64,000 nt of DNA, from assembly GCA_013265495.1 (NCBI GenBank), contig MU058478.1, forward strand, positions 125,816 through 189,815, read 5' to 3'. This document shows, in pieces, positions 1-12,324 of this stretch. Below the pieces are notes generated by a model. That model made no database searches. It had not been told where the DNA came from and saw nothing but the letters and a program-made list of their open reading frames with translations. How positions within the stretch are numbered: the first letter of the stretch is position 1; the number at the start of each line of letters is the position of its first letter. This DNA is from Vicugna vicugna (Eukaryota). The position numbers were made by a program, and so were the translations under genes.

Positions 1-364
1 GTACGTTTGAAGTTACCTGGAGAAGGCTTGGTGATCTGGGAGCTGGAGAGACTGGTCCGTCACACAGCCGCTCCTTCAGCTGGGTGCTCACTGTTTCTGT
101 GAGCCATTCACAGACAGACGGGCTCACCCATGTTCACGGTCCCAGACAGCCTCCAAGTCATCGCAGCCCCAGCGGGCAAGCTCAGACTGACTTACTCAGC
201 CAAGTGCCTATCTTCTGTGTCCCATTGGAAATTTTTAACAGAAAAATTCCGGTTTAGAAATGAATGGACCCTCTCCAAGGCAAGTGTCCGACTCTGAATG
301 AACCATCCTTATCCAGGCAGGAGCTACGGATGCCGAACATCTAAGGCTGAAAGGAATCAGTCTT

Positions 365-735
365 TGCCTAAATTGATTCCCCCTGCCGAAGCCATATGCT
401 GAAGCCCTAACCGCCTATGTGGTTACATCCGGAGACTGGACCTTTAAAGAGATGTTAAAATGGCATGAAATCATACGAGTGGGTTCTAATGCAATGGAGC
501 TGGGGTCCTTGCAAGAAGAGGAAGAGACATCGAGGCTGCATACACAGAGGAAGGGCCACATGGGGGCATGGTGACAGCGTGACCATCCATCAGCCAAGAG
601 AGAAGCTTCGGGACAAACCAACACTGTTGACATCTTGATTCTGTCCTTCCAGCCTTCAGAACTGTGAGACTGTGAAAGAATACATTGCTGTTGTTAAAGC
701 CACTAAATCTGTGACATTTTATTATGGCAGCACAT
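365..735 (+). mobile_element. MaLR solo LTR (MLT1-like)
   Basis: Contains typical MLT1 segments: GAAGCCCTAACC..., TTCCAGCCTTCAGAACTGTGAGA, and the TGTTGTTAAAGCCACTAAATCTGTGACATTTTATTATGGCAGC 3' end. Confidence 0.8.
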
Positions 736-761
736 TTGATATATGCATCTATGTGTAGTGT

Positions 762-956
762 GAATATAAATAATATATAATAATATAATATAATATATGT
801 ATTATATATATATTACTTTTTCTTATTTCTTCCTTCTTCCTTCTTCTTCCTCTTCTTCTGCCTCTTCATCTTCTTCTTTCCCTCCTCCCCCTCCTCCTCA
901 TTCTCCCCCTCCTCCCCTCCTGCCCTCCTCCCTCTCCCCTCCTCCTCCTCCTTCTT
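762..956. repeat. Low complexity: (TAATA)n AT-rich tract followed by a (TCC/TTC)n pyrimidine tract
   Basis: Directly visible in the sequence. Confidence 0.9.
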
Positions 957-2526
957 ACAGAAGAAGCATTTTATAAGCCTCTATGTATAAAACATGCTAA
1001 TCTAAATTAGCTTCCTCGGAAGACGTTATCATTTCTCCACGTGCTTCTCCATCCTGCATTCTTTTGTCCCCCTCGCGTACTCCTTCCCTTTATGGAAAAT
1101 GTCCATAAGCATCTTTAATCCTGAAGTCTGCATGGATCTTACCTTCTGAATTCTGGCTTCACATGCCCAGCAAGGCTTTTCACAGTCATACCAGGGACAT
1201 CTCCCAAACTCAAATACCTTTTATCTGAAGCTGAATTAATTCACATTCTGAAAAAGCCTTTCTCCTCCCTAAACTCTGCCGCCATCACTGCAGAACAGGG
1301 ACGTTTGCAGGGCTACTGTCATGGCCTTGTCCTCACCTTGCTTGCCAGATCTCCTTGGCCAGAACAATCAAGCATTAAAATGTTTTATTTTTTCTCCCAA
1401 ACTAGCTTCTCCTTCCAAGTTCTTACATGCATGGCCATCCTCACTGTATAATGAATAGCTGAGTATTATCATCAAATAACATCCCTTAATAATACCTGAA
1501 TGGGTTTTTTATAAACATTTGCAGGACCAATTACTGCTTAATATATTTATTACACAAATGTTAAGGAGTTTCTAGGTAACCACTGACCGGCAATTCCTAG
1601 CTCAGTTCTACTGGGCAGCTAGGGTTTCGAAGGAAAGAATTTATGGTCACTAAGGGAAATCAAACAAAACCAAACCATTATAAAAAAAAAATCAACAAGA
1701 GTGCAGCAACTGCATAGAAGTCGCTTCTGTTTTGTCTCCAGTTTTGCTTCTTGGGGTCTCTCATAAGATAGAAATCGAAATGTCATTAAAATTTCAGGTA
1801 AACCCAGAGGGTGAGAAAGTGACTTTAAAACAACATGGCTGTAAGTTGAGGACTTGGTGGAAATAGATCATGCAACTGCGGACTCCCTTTATATTAAATC
1901 TACTTTCTCTGCTCTTTCCAAAGCATCATTATAAATGTGATAAGAGAACTCTCTATCGATAAATGCTTCACTGGTTGCCTGTAGCTTCCAGGGTAAAATT
2001 CCAAGCCCATAGTTGAGTTCATAAACCTTTTTTGTGCACTGGCACCTCCCTTCTTGGGTGGCGTCATTCCCATGCTGGGCTTCCCACAATGCTCTCTTCT
2101 ACTGTCCTGGGATGTTTATAAACCTGTGAGTGTGCCATGCCATTTGGACACTTATGCTTTTGCACATGGGTCCCCAGGTCCCCAGCCAGGAGGTCCACAG
2201 ACATCCTTTTGCCCTAAGTTGCTTTTGTCTTCATGCAACTCCCACACGGGCTTCAAACTTCAGCTCTACCACTCCCCGCTCTTGGAATCTTCTGATTTAA
2301 AGATTCCTTACGTGCTTTTATGTGCATTTTTTTTTGCAAATATCTTTCACAGGATATAGAATTCTATCATTTCATTGCTGATCAACCTCCTTGACATCCT
2401 TGGATGAGAGAAGACATAACTCACTGGCTTCACGGTGGTCCTAATGGATTTGCACAGTGGCCATCACAATTTTAGGTGCAGAAATACCTGTGGATTGATA
2501 CACAAATACTGCCCTTGGAGGTAGAT

Positions 2527-2811
2527 TTTCATATCTTCAAGTTACAAAAAAAAGAAAAAAATTCCTTCTTTTGTTCTCCACAACTGAGATCCTTGAAAAT
2601 ACAAATTTATCTCTAAGGCTCTTGTTCTAATGATGTTGAAAACAATATCGCTAATGTAAATGTTTCACTTTCATATCTTCAAGTTACAAAAAAAAAAGAA
2701 AAAAATTCCTTCTTTTGTTCGCCACAACTGAGATCCTTGAAAATACAAATTTATCTCTAAGGCTCTTGTTCTAATGATGTTGAAAACAATATCGCTAATG
2801 TAAATGTTTCA
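2527..2811. repeat. Tandem duplication, 141/143 bp (2527-2667 and 2669-2811)
   Basis: The copies differ only in A-run length and one substitution (ctcca/cgcca). A single extra C sits at 2668. Confidence 0.95.
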
Positions 2812-3003
2812 TAAAAATTAATTTGTAAAGCTTTTGGGGATGAACATTATATGACTACTTTTTAATCTTCTCTGGTCACATATTAAAAGGAAGCTGAAAA
2901 TTACACTGTAACTTATGTTACCATGTTGTGGCCGTGTTCCTTCTTAAACTTGAGTTTCCATCACTCAACCTACTTTTCAAACAGGTCAGATCTTCACCAC
3001 TCC

Positions 3004-3628
3004 GTTGAGGGGAGGAAAGAGGATTAGAGCAGAGGATTTCTCAAGACTCTATCTTGTGATCTGTTCTACTTGCGATTAGCATTAAATTAAGGCAGAACAG
3101 AAATAAACACTTCCTTTCACATTTTCTCTAATCACTTCGATCTAAAAGGCTTTCCGGTCTAATCTGTCCACACTCAGTGAGCATCGTTTACACTCTGCCT
3201 GGAAATTACGTGTTCAAAACACGTGTAGGTCTTATCTCTGATCCCTACATACACTGAAACCAAGTTTTTCATTAAAAAAAAAAAGTCACTGTGAAAAATA
3301 CAATCTAATGATGTTAGTTGAGGGGAGGAAAGAGGATTAGAGCAGAGGATTTCTCAAGACTCTATCTTGTGATCTGTTCTACTTGCGATTAGCATTAAAT
3401 TAAGGCAGAGCACAAATAAACACTTCCTTTCACATTTTCTCTAATCGCTTCGATCTAAAAGGCTTTCTGGTCTAATCTGTCCATACTCAGTGAGCATCGT
3501 TCACGCTCTGCCTGGAAATTACGTGTTCAAAACACGTGTAGGTCTTATCTCTGATCCCTACATACACTGAAACCAAGTTTTTCATTAAAAAAAAAAAGTC
3601 ACTGTGAAAAATACAATCTAATGATGTT
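3004..3628. repeat. Tandem duplication, 312 bp x2 (3004-3315 and 3317-3628)
   Basis: Manual alignment gives 7 substitutions, all in the central ~100 bp. A single extra A sits at 3316. Confidence 0.95.
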
Positions 3629-4009
3629 CCTACAGTGCAGGAATTTAGCTGATTTAAATAAAAATGAGGCACAGATGAAAAAAGAAGAAAACAAAAACAT
3701 TTCGTTTCCTTCAGAGCTTAAATCAAAGACTCCTTCATCTTCAATTATAACATCAACCCAGCCGCACCCAAGGGCATCTTTCAGTATCGGTAAATACCAG
3801 AGTCCAGTGTGTTTCACACTCAATGAAAGGAAACTGAATCACACAACCTTACACTTGAAAGGAATATTTCAAGTTCCTGAAGCAATCACCTTACTCTGCA
3901 GACAAGAAGCTGGACACCCCCGAACTGCCCTGCCTCTTGAATCCACCCACAACACATTGTCACATTCTCCTGGCTTAAGAAAACAAGACTCCTTTATCAT
4001 CTCGTAGAG

Positions 4010-5069
4010 TGTCTCTGAGCACCGCTTACCTGGGTGTATTCACAAGGTTGCCGTCAAGATGTTGGCAGCGGGGGCTGAAGTCACCACGCTTGATTACAGT
4101 GGGGACCATCCTGGGAGGCTAGTTCATGGGTTGTGTTGCTGGTAGATGTAACCAGTGTTCCAGGTTCTCGTCTTGTCCCAGAAAGAATTCAGAGATGAGA
4201 CACGGAGGTTAATAAAGGCAAGTGGATGGACGGCACACTCTCACGGGGTGAGCGGGCAGACTCAGGTGAGCAGCTGCCCTGAGTTTCTCTGGCAAGTTGG
4301 TTACACAGGGTGTAAAAATGAATGGGCAGAATATTCACTGGGGAGAGGAGGGTTTGGGGTCATATTCCCTGATTATCATCCCAGCTCCACCTTCCCAAGG
4401 GGAGGAAGGATTTTTGTCCTTATTGAGTCTGGATTGGAAGTGTCATGGCCTCGGTGCATGATGGGGACTTCTGATCTGCAAGGCTAATGTTATTGAAATG
4501 AGGGCATAGTGAGCAAAATGTTACATTTGGACACTGGAGATTCATGCCTTTTCCCATCTTTGTTTGTTGGCCTCCAGACTGCTTGTCACTCTAAAATCTG
4601 TGACACTTAGCAGCCCAGAGATTCCTGCTTTGCTTTCTCTGCCCAGGGACCCCTGGTGCTCACATGATGTGTGGTTCCCTGCATTTGGCCCGCGCCCTTC
4701 CTTTCTGCCCAGTTCCTGCCGTTTTGCCTGCGTCCCCCTCTCTCTGTTCAACTAGCTGTCTGCTGCTCTGACAGTTGGAAACTCAGTGTTGTCTTTGGAA
4801 GCAGGAGGCATCCTTCACCACATGAATGTCCCCAGGGCTCATAATATGGCAGTGTGGTGATAAATGACTTGAGATTGGCCAAAGTAGAAGCCACGATTTT
4901 TAGGTCATGCTTCAGACACCACACATGGTAATTTTTCTAATATTTTGCTGGTGACACAGGTCAGTCCTGTTCATTGGGGTGAGGTGGAGGGATGGGGGAA
5001 CCATGGAATGGTATGAATATCAGTCAACAGACAAGAGTCACGGAAGCTACTTTGAATCTGGTCACCACA
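4010..5069 (-). mobile_element. Old MaLR (MLT1-type) LTR, split by a younger LTR at 4147-4773
   Basis: Degenerate MLT1-like sequence lies on both sides of the insert. The right end GGTCACCACA is the reverse complement of a TGTGGT start. Confidence 0.5.
4147..4773 (-). mobile_element. ERV1-like solo LTR (family B)
   Basis: TG...CA termini (TGTAACC...CTCTGACA). The minus strand ends in a U5-like TCTCTGAATTCTTTCTGGGACAAGACGAGAACCTGG...TTACA. No clean TSD. Confidence 0.75.
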
Positions 5070-5604
5070 GGACCACAGTTCTAATGCCCTTTTTCTGTTT
5101 TGTTTTGTTTTGTGTTTTTGTTTTTGTTCTCACTTCCCTGTCATAGCCAACTTCTCCACAGTCATCACTCCTGGAGCAACCTTTTCAAATGACAGCCCGT
5201 TGACCTCCATTTTTAATTCCCTCTCCAAAACTTCTGCCCATGACAAAGCTGATTCATGGGTTGCAGTCCTGCATGCTCTCCATTTCTGGCTTGCAAACAA
5301 TTACTCTTCACGCCCTGGTAGGAAGGATCAGGCTATCCTGGTGGGGGTCATCAGCCAACACATTAATCACGTCCCACCTTTCAGAAAACGCCTGTCACCT
5401 GAGGTGCGATGTTTCACTCCACCTCCCGTCCTGCCACCCTTTGCCTGTGAGGCTGGCAAATGACATCTCCTGGCTTCTCAGGTCTCTCACCCTCTTGTCT
5501 CCACATAGACTCATTCAACAGGTTCACACGACCCATGGCATAGAACTTCAAAATAAGTCCATTGCCCAGACATCCTTTCATGTCCCCTATTTACTCACTT
5601 AAAC

Positions 5605-5720
5605 CATAAATTTTTTTTTCATGATTTGGGATAATTTTAGATTTACCAAAACATAGTAAGATATTATAGGAAGTTCCCACATACACTTCATTCCATTTCA
5701 GTTTTACTTAATGTAAGCAA
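5605..5720 (-). mobile_element. Old L1 (L1MC/MD-like) 3' end fragment
   Basis: ATAATTTTAGATTTACCAAAA...GTTCCCACATACACTTCA resembles an antisense L1M 3' UTR. Confidence 0.5.
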
Positions 5721-5939
5721 AGAAGAAAACTCTTGCTCTGTACCCTTTTATAAGATGGCATTCTCTCTTATCACATGTGGTCTATCCGTTTTATTACAAC
5801 TAGGAACCCCTTTCTTCCCCTGTCTAAAGCTCACATCAGCCTGTGGGGTTTTCATCCCATATTACCCTCTAATTAAACTTCAGTGTAAGTTTTCTATATA
5901 TAAAGCCAGTTTCTTTCACCTTGTTTAATAGCATTTACA

Positions 5940-5990
5940 TTTTATTTTATTTTATTTTATTTTAATTTAATTTTATCTTATTTTATTTTT
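5940..5990. repeat. (TTTTA)n simple repeat
   Basis: Directly visible in the sequence. Confidence 0.9.
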
Positions 5991-6329
5991 AGAAACTTCT
6001 TCTTTTCCATCAACTTATTTCCATTTTAAAAGTTTGTGGGATGAAAGAACAGCTTAAGGCCACTCAGGGGTTGTTCTCACCCATTCAGTGGCCTGAGCAG
6101 TGGGAGCTGAAGGCCAGTCCTCAGTAGGGAACCACCTTTCTGCAATTTTCTGTTTGTTGTTATCACAAGAGCTTTACTTGAAGTCTTTTAAGACTACCAA
6201 TTTTTAATTTCCCTATTTTTTTAATTCCTTTACACTTAGGTCTTTATTATCCTATCATCCCAATATCCTATTGTATGTCAGCTTAGTCTTTTGTTAGTTC
6301 TAACTTTTACATTAGCGGCTTAGTCCAAT

Positions 6330-6760
6330 GATTTTTTACCATTTTTATTTTTCAACAAATTTTTAAGGTATGATTCTTCATCTAACACTACTGTGGCTGA
6401 AAGTAGTTTTGAAATGCTTTGTTTTCATCATTTAATTCCAATTTTTTTACATTTTTATTAAGATTTATATTTTAATTCTGAAAGTACTTGGCTGGGTTTC
6501 CCTTTTTAATCCACAAATATTTGTTTTCACTGTTGATATCAGCCCCAATTTCATTGTGATTAGTGAACATGGTTTGTTTTATATCAATATTTAAAATACA
6601 TTGAAATTTATGTTATGGAAAAACCCAGCCAATTTTTATAAACATTTCATAATTACTTGAGAAGAATCTATAGTAAGTGTTGGATTCAGGAATAATGTCT
6701 ATTACATTAAGCTTATAAATCTTGTTATTCACATATTCTTTATCCCTTACAGTCTACTTG
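6330..6760 (-). mobile_element. Ancient L1 (L1M) fragment
   Basis: T-rich, with antisense L1-like phrases such as CAATTTTTATAAACATTTCA...TTGAGAAGAATCTATA. Confidence 0.5.
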
Positions 6761-6862
6761 TAGAAGAGCTTGACAATTAAGCTCATTCAATGACTACATT
6801 AATAGTATATATGTAAAGCATGACAAAAATATTTCTTCTCCCAAAGTAGCACTAATTTAATT

Positions 6863-7254
6863 TGTTACAGAAACCTGAATCCATCAGACCAAGGGACACT
6901 CAGAGGGTTGGAGAACTCAGGTTTATTAACACTCCAAGCGCTGTACCCCGACTGCAGGTTTACACAGGCTTTTATAGGGTTTTAGGTTTCAATTAAGTTC
7001 GTGCCATATGCAAATGAGGTGTTAAAAATGGACCAATCACGAGTGAGCTTTCAGGAACCAATGGAGTTTTAGGGGTAAATGCAAATGAGGTGTTAAAATG
7101 GACCAATCAGGAGTGAGCTTTTGGGAACCAATGGAATTTTAGAGGCAAATTTTGTTTTCCTAGAAGCAAGCCATTTTACAGAAGCACAAAAGCAGGAAGG
7201 CAATGGCCCTGCCTGGGAGGTCTTGCTGGTCCCTTTGTGGGTTTTGCCCCTTCA
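6863..7254 (-). mobile_element. ERV1-like solo LTR (family C, copy 1)
   Basis: Colinear with 52065-52471. The minus strand reads TGAAGGGGC...TAACA and carries TATAAAA and AATAAA. It has an internal 71-bp direct repeat. Confidence 0.9.
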
Positions 7255-7539
7255 GCTGAGATATAACATTAAATTCCCCATCAAATGAGATAGAAAGATG
7301 TTATCAAGAGAAGACACTGGTTGAAAAAATAATTGAGGAAACCACTTCCCAGAAGCGCTCCAGACATACCCCACTCCATGCTCCTGACATCAAGTTTCCA
7401 ACTTCTGATTCTATGTCAGCACTTATCCCAAGCTCCTTGCCCCACCTCTTCCTTAAAAGACCTACTGAGACCACTGTCCTCCAAGCTAACATCTCCCTGG
7501 AATGCAACCCTACAGGACTTAACTCTGATCTTCCCAATT

Positions 7540-7665
7540 TTCTGAGATCTTGGTCAAGCTAAGCTCTCCATGCTTCCATTTTTATAAATCAAGATTCATA
7601 ACAGACTCCTGCATCATGAGATCCTCATGACAGTTAAAGGGTATAATGTTTGTAAAGCACTTGGA
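7540..7665 (+). mobile_element. MIR SINE fragment
   Basis: MIR core-like sequence: TCTTGGTCAAG...CTCTCCATGCTTCCATTTT...TGTAAAGCACTT. Confidence 0.6.
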
Positions 7666-10600
7666 GGAAGATACGAACACAGTTTTTATAGTTGTCGTCC
7701 CTGAATGATTTCTGTTTTCATTGCTTCCTATAGGCATCGTGATTTATCACTAAGGTATAAAACACTGGAAGACAGAAATTGAGGCACGTTTTATTTGTAA
7801 CTGAGTTAGGCTTGGTAGGACGTTCCTGGTTCTGTTTCATCTGATGTGAGGGTCTACAAACAGTCTACTGCCTTTGACTTCCTTGTGAATATGTCCAAGA
7901 ATTGAGTTCTATATTTCCTACTTGACACCAAGTATGCATCCATCACACCCGAATGGGTCTGATTCATCATTTATTTCCCTCTTGAGTTTTAAAGCTCTTT
8001 TGGAAAGAACTAACATTCTTGACCAGCTCCCTCCCACAACTCTGTCTTGCTCTGCAGAGAGTGGACACGGTGTCTTACAAAACGAATAATTTCATTTATG
8101 TGTTTTCTTTTTAATGGTCTTGTGTTTCTCTTCTGACAGGACAGAGTGATTTAGAATTGCATGATGCTCCTGGACTTCTGTTCCCTACTCTTAAAACTGG
8201 CTCTCTCTGCAAAGAAGTTGACACACAGGTCGACACGATGGAGATAAGAGACTTCCACTGGGGCAGAGTTCAAGGAGGCTGGAATTGATTTTTTCTGGGA
8301 TGAAAAGAAACTGGGACAAGAGAAACACCCCGAGGAATCCAGGCATAAAGGATCTGGGGTGTTCCCAGTGTTCAGTCTGCCTCCTTTCCATGTGGACCCA
8401 ACTTCTCTCCACCAAAGGACCTTATCTACAGCATGTGCCCAACGAAAGGGATTTGAAGACAATGTTCCTAATCATTACCCAGCTCTCTGCCTCCTTCCGA
8501 GCATTCTTTAGCAGGGTGGTTTGTACACTTTTGCCTCCATATCCCAAACGCTGGCCAATTTTTTCAGGAAGGGAGCAGAAATCAATTGATATATTTCACT
8601 GGCAGATGTCAGGGCCAGGGATGTGCATAAAGTTTTCTCCTTCATTTGGGCAGCATTCCAGATTCATGCTGCAACATTTCTCACTTTGGCACCTCCTGAG
8701 TACAGTCGCCAAGATCATAATGCAATAATTTGCCACCATCTGTTTAACTCTTATGATTCACAGCCTTTTATTTTATTTAAGTGGGAAGATGAATTATATT
8801 TCTCTATCTGAAGATGGCGAGGTGGATTTTTTTCAAAAGTCTTTGAATGTAAATGAATTACTTTCTGTATTTTTAAAGCAGAACTCAAGCATCAGGGAAG
8901 TCAGTTGTATTGCTTAAACATAAGGCGTTTCCCTATTGGGGAAAAACTGTATTACATGAAACAACAGAGAAGTTATAATGTATTTAAGATTAGGAAAAAA
9001 ATAGAAACCCAATATTTTGAAGTCAAGTGAAACAAGAGACTTTTACCATTTAACACAATGAAACACATCTATGGATTTTCCATACTAAGAAGTGTATATT
9101 GGGAAAGAATAGGAATATAGAATTATGCCTTGAAAAGAAGTTTCTGTCTAACTTTGAAATGTGCCCATGCATCCGCCATCTCTAGTGCATGTTTATAAGA
9201 TGCAGCCATCCTTTGGCGTAGCAGTTGGTACTCACTGGTGACAGTGGCTTTGCACGGAGCAGGATGACTGAGAAAAACATCACCTTGATGATGAAATAAC
9301 TATATAATAATAGATTAACAGGTTGCTTCTTAGGGAAGCCAGGGGAAAAATGAATGGAAAACAAAACCGAATAGGCTGCATCAAAAATAGGCAAATGTAA
9401 GCCAGGTCTACTCAGACACACAGGTATTAGGGTGACAGCATGAGCTGGGGGAGTCCCCACAGTGCCGTGAGAGTGTCCAGCCAGCAAGACAACCGGCATT
9501 CCCACCAGACCCTGCTGCTCCCAGGGCACAGCCAGACCTGGTGAGTGGAAAGTGCTAAGCGGTCCATTTAAGCATGCCCAATGCAAGACGGAAGGTCACC
9601 AGGTTTCTTCGAAAGATGTGCAACCATCTCTCTGTCTGCTAAGTTTATGAAATGCCCAGTGTGCATACTTCTCAACTGACTGGTCCCAGGCTGGGGTCCA
9701 TTTCTGAGAACCGTATCTCACCTGCCACCAGCGAATGCATCCCCTCTTGGAGTGTCTGGTGCTTGGTTTGTTATATGAGCTTTCAGGTTTACAGACCAAG
9801 ATCATGGCCAAGAACCTGTCCCAACTCAACTAAATCAAGATGATGAGAGAGATCTTGGGGAAAGAATCAAGGAGCAGAAGGGTAAGGTGATGCAAACGAG
9901 TAGTTGAAGGAACCATGGAAGGTGAAACTGGGAAAGAGGAAGATCTCTAACCACTCAACAGTTGTCTCAGAACTTGGACATCTGTCTTGAAGAAGAAGGA
10001 TGGTCCTTGCTTTCAAACCCAAGTTCAAGTTCTAACCAGTGGTTAAAAGCCATGCATGGATAGTTTGAGCTCACTGTGGGAAATCATTTTATTGCAACTA
10101 GAACCATTTAAAAAAAATTGAATGGATTTTTGAATAAGATTAGGGTACCACTTTGCACTTGCAGTGTTTAAAAGTAAACTAGAAACTATTCTATAATTTT
10201 CTGAGAATTTTGTGAGTTTTAGGATTTGTCTACTGACTCAACAAAGTAAGTATTTCCGGAAGATCTTCATGGTCTCTGGTGCTGAAAAGGTGATGAGAAT
10301 GAAGTGCTATTGGATGGATAACTGGCCCCAGGAGCCAGACAGCCAGCTGCATGAGGTCCTTCAGGGGGACTTTCTGCACAAGACGCAATGGCGAAAAATA
10401 ACAAAGCATCACTTTAATGTTCACAGAGGCACTGGTCCCAACATATGAAATGAGAAGACTGGAGGGCATAGAAGTTCCCCCAAAATAGTCAAGGTTGAAG
10501 ACATTCCCGCAAAGAAGGGCTTGGAGGTACATCCTTCCTGTGCCCCGTTCCTCTGATTTCTGGGCCAAAATGGGGCATCTTTGACCTTGTAGTTGCAAGG

Positions 10601-10899
10601 AATGAAAAACCTGTAAAAAGTGAGAGTGAATGGTTAGACCAAGAGGAAAGGGGAAAATGCAGGCTACACACTTGGCACCCAGCCGCAAGAAGAAAGAGAG
10701 GGGGGAAGAAAACATTTCCATGGACTGAGCTTGTCTGCTTTTATCATCCAACCTTTGAATTAGTTATATGTTCAGAAAAAAAATAAATCTAACAAAAAGA
10801 CATATTTAGGGCAAAAATTTCAACCCATGTCCTCCATGTCCTTCTCTGCATTCCACGGGTAACAGCTTCCACATCATTTTCTTTTTGTTTTTGTCCTTG

Positions 10900-12150
10900 T
10901 CTGTAAATATATATTTGTGTATGTATAGAATTGAGCCTCTGCTGTTTCTTCTTTTAATGGGAGCAAAGTGTATGTATTTTCATGCGTTAAAAAAAAATAA
11001 ACATTTAACACTATGTTTTAGAGAGCTTTCCACCAATGGCTCCATTTAGAAGCACCTTCTCCCTAACATCTTAATAATAGGTTTGTATTTTCTTCTAAAT
11101 ATCTGCTTTCAAATAATTTGACATCTTTTCAAGTCGACCCTTTAATCTGCCTGGAATTGATTTTTGAGTTTCCTGTGAAACTGAGATCTAACTTCATTTC
11201 TGTCTGTGCAGAAATCGTTTGTGCTGACACCATTTATTGAGTGGAATTATCAGTCAGCATTAATCACAATGCCTTCTCTGCCATGTGTCCAGTTTCCACT
11301 TGTAGGGAATTCTTCGTAGACTCTTTTCCATTCCATTTTATAGAATGAATTCTTTGTTACTAAATTATATTAAGATCACACCTGGTATAGGCAATATGGT
11401 ATATTTTTGTGATTCTTTTTTATGAATGACTTTGACCTATAAGGGGGGCTTTGTTCTTTTCTACCAAGAAGATAGTAAATGATTTTGCAAATCATAAAGT
11501 GTTTATTACAACTACTCAGCTTTTCCATTGTCCTGCAAAAGTAGCCACAGGCAATCTGTAAACAGATGGCCATGGTGGTGCTCCAATATGATATGAATGT
11601 TTATTCTTAGATATCCTATAATTTTCTGTGATTCCTTCCAAGTCTTTAGGTAGACAATCTTATTAACTAAACTATTTCTTATTTCTCCCCAGATGTATAG
11701 GCTACTATATGAACTTACCTGATGGCACTGAATACAGTGACAATTTCAGTGGCGCATGGCTGTGGGGACATTAGAAACATTGGTTTCGTGATTTCCTCTA
11801 CTTATTGCTTGAATACTAAGTATGATATTTGCTGTATTCTCTGGCAGAATTATTGCCAGAGATTAAATTTTCTTTCTAACTTGGTTATATGTATCCTCAA
11901 ACCTGGAGTGGACACTGAATTCCATCAAATGATTTTCAATTTCTATGATGAAGATAATGATTTCATTTTTCTCTTTTAATCTGTCAATGAAGAGGTTCTT
12001 CTTAAAAGCTTTAAATAAATCCTAGTGTATCATAAGCCATCATTCTTTTCCAAACATATATTAAATATTATTTTAGTTTCATGCATCTAGATTCATAAGT
12101 ATGATTTTGACATGAGGCTAATACAAGTTTCATTTGGAAGTTTCCGAATA
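10900..12150 (-). mobile_element. Ancient L1 (L1ME-like) 3' end and ORF2 remnants
   Basis: Antisense L1 ORF2 phrases: CTGGAATTGATTTTTGAG, CACCATTTATTGA, GTGTTGA/TGAATTCCATCAAATG. Confidence 0.6.
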
Positions 12151-12324
12151 ATTCTATTTTCTGTTATTTAAAGGAATATTTAAATGAATGCATCAATATC
12201 AATGATGTATATTATTAATAATTTCTGTCCACTATGAAATAGGCATAACTATGTCACAATATGCCCAGCTCGTAACAATTGCTTTCTTAGGGCAGAAAAG
12301 AAAAATGGAGTAATGACCAAATTG

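Noticed and set aside
2527..3628. CRISPR-like or other repeat-spacer array
   Set aside because: There are only two-copy duplications of long units with no spacers, in a mammalian context with no cas genes.
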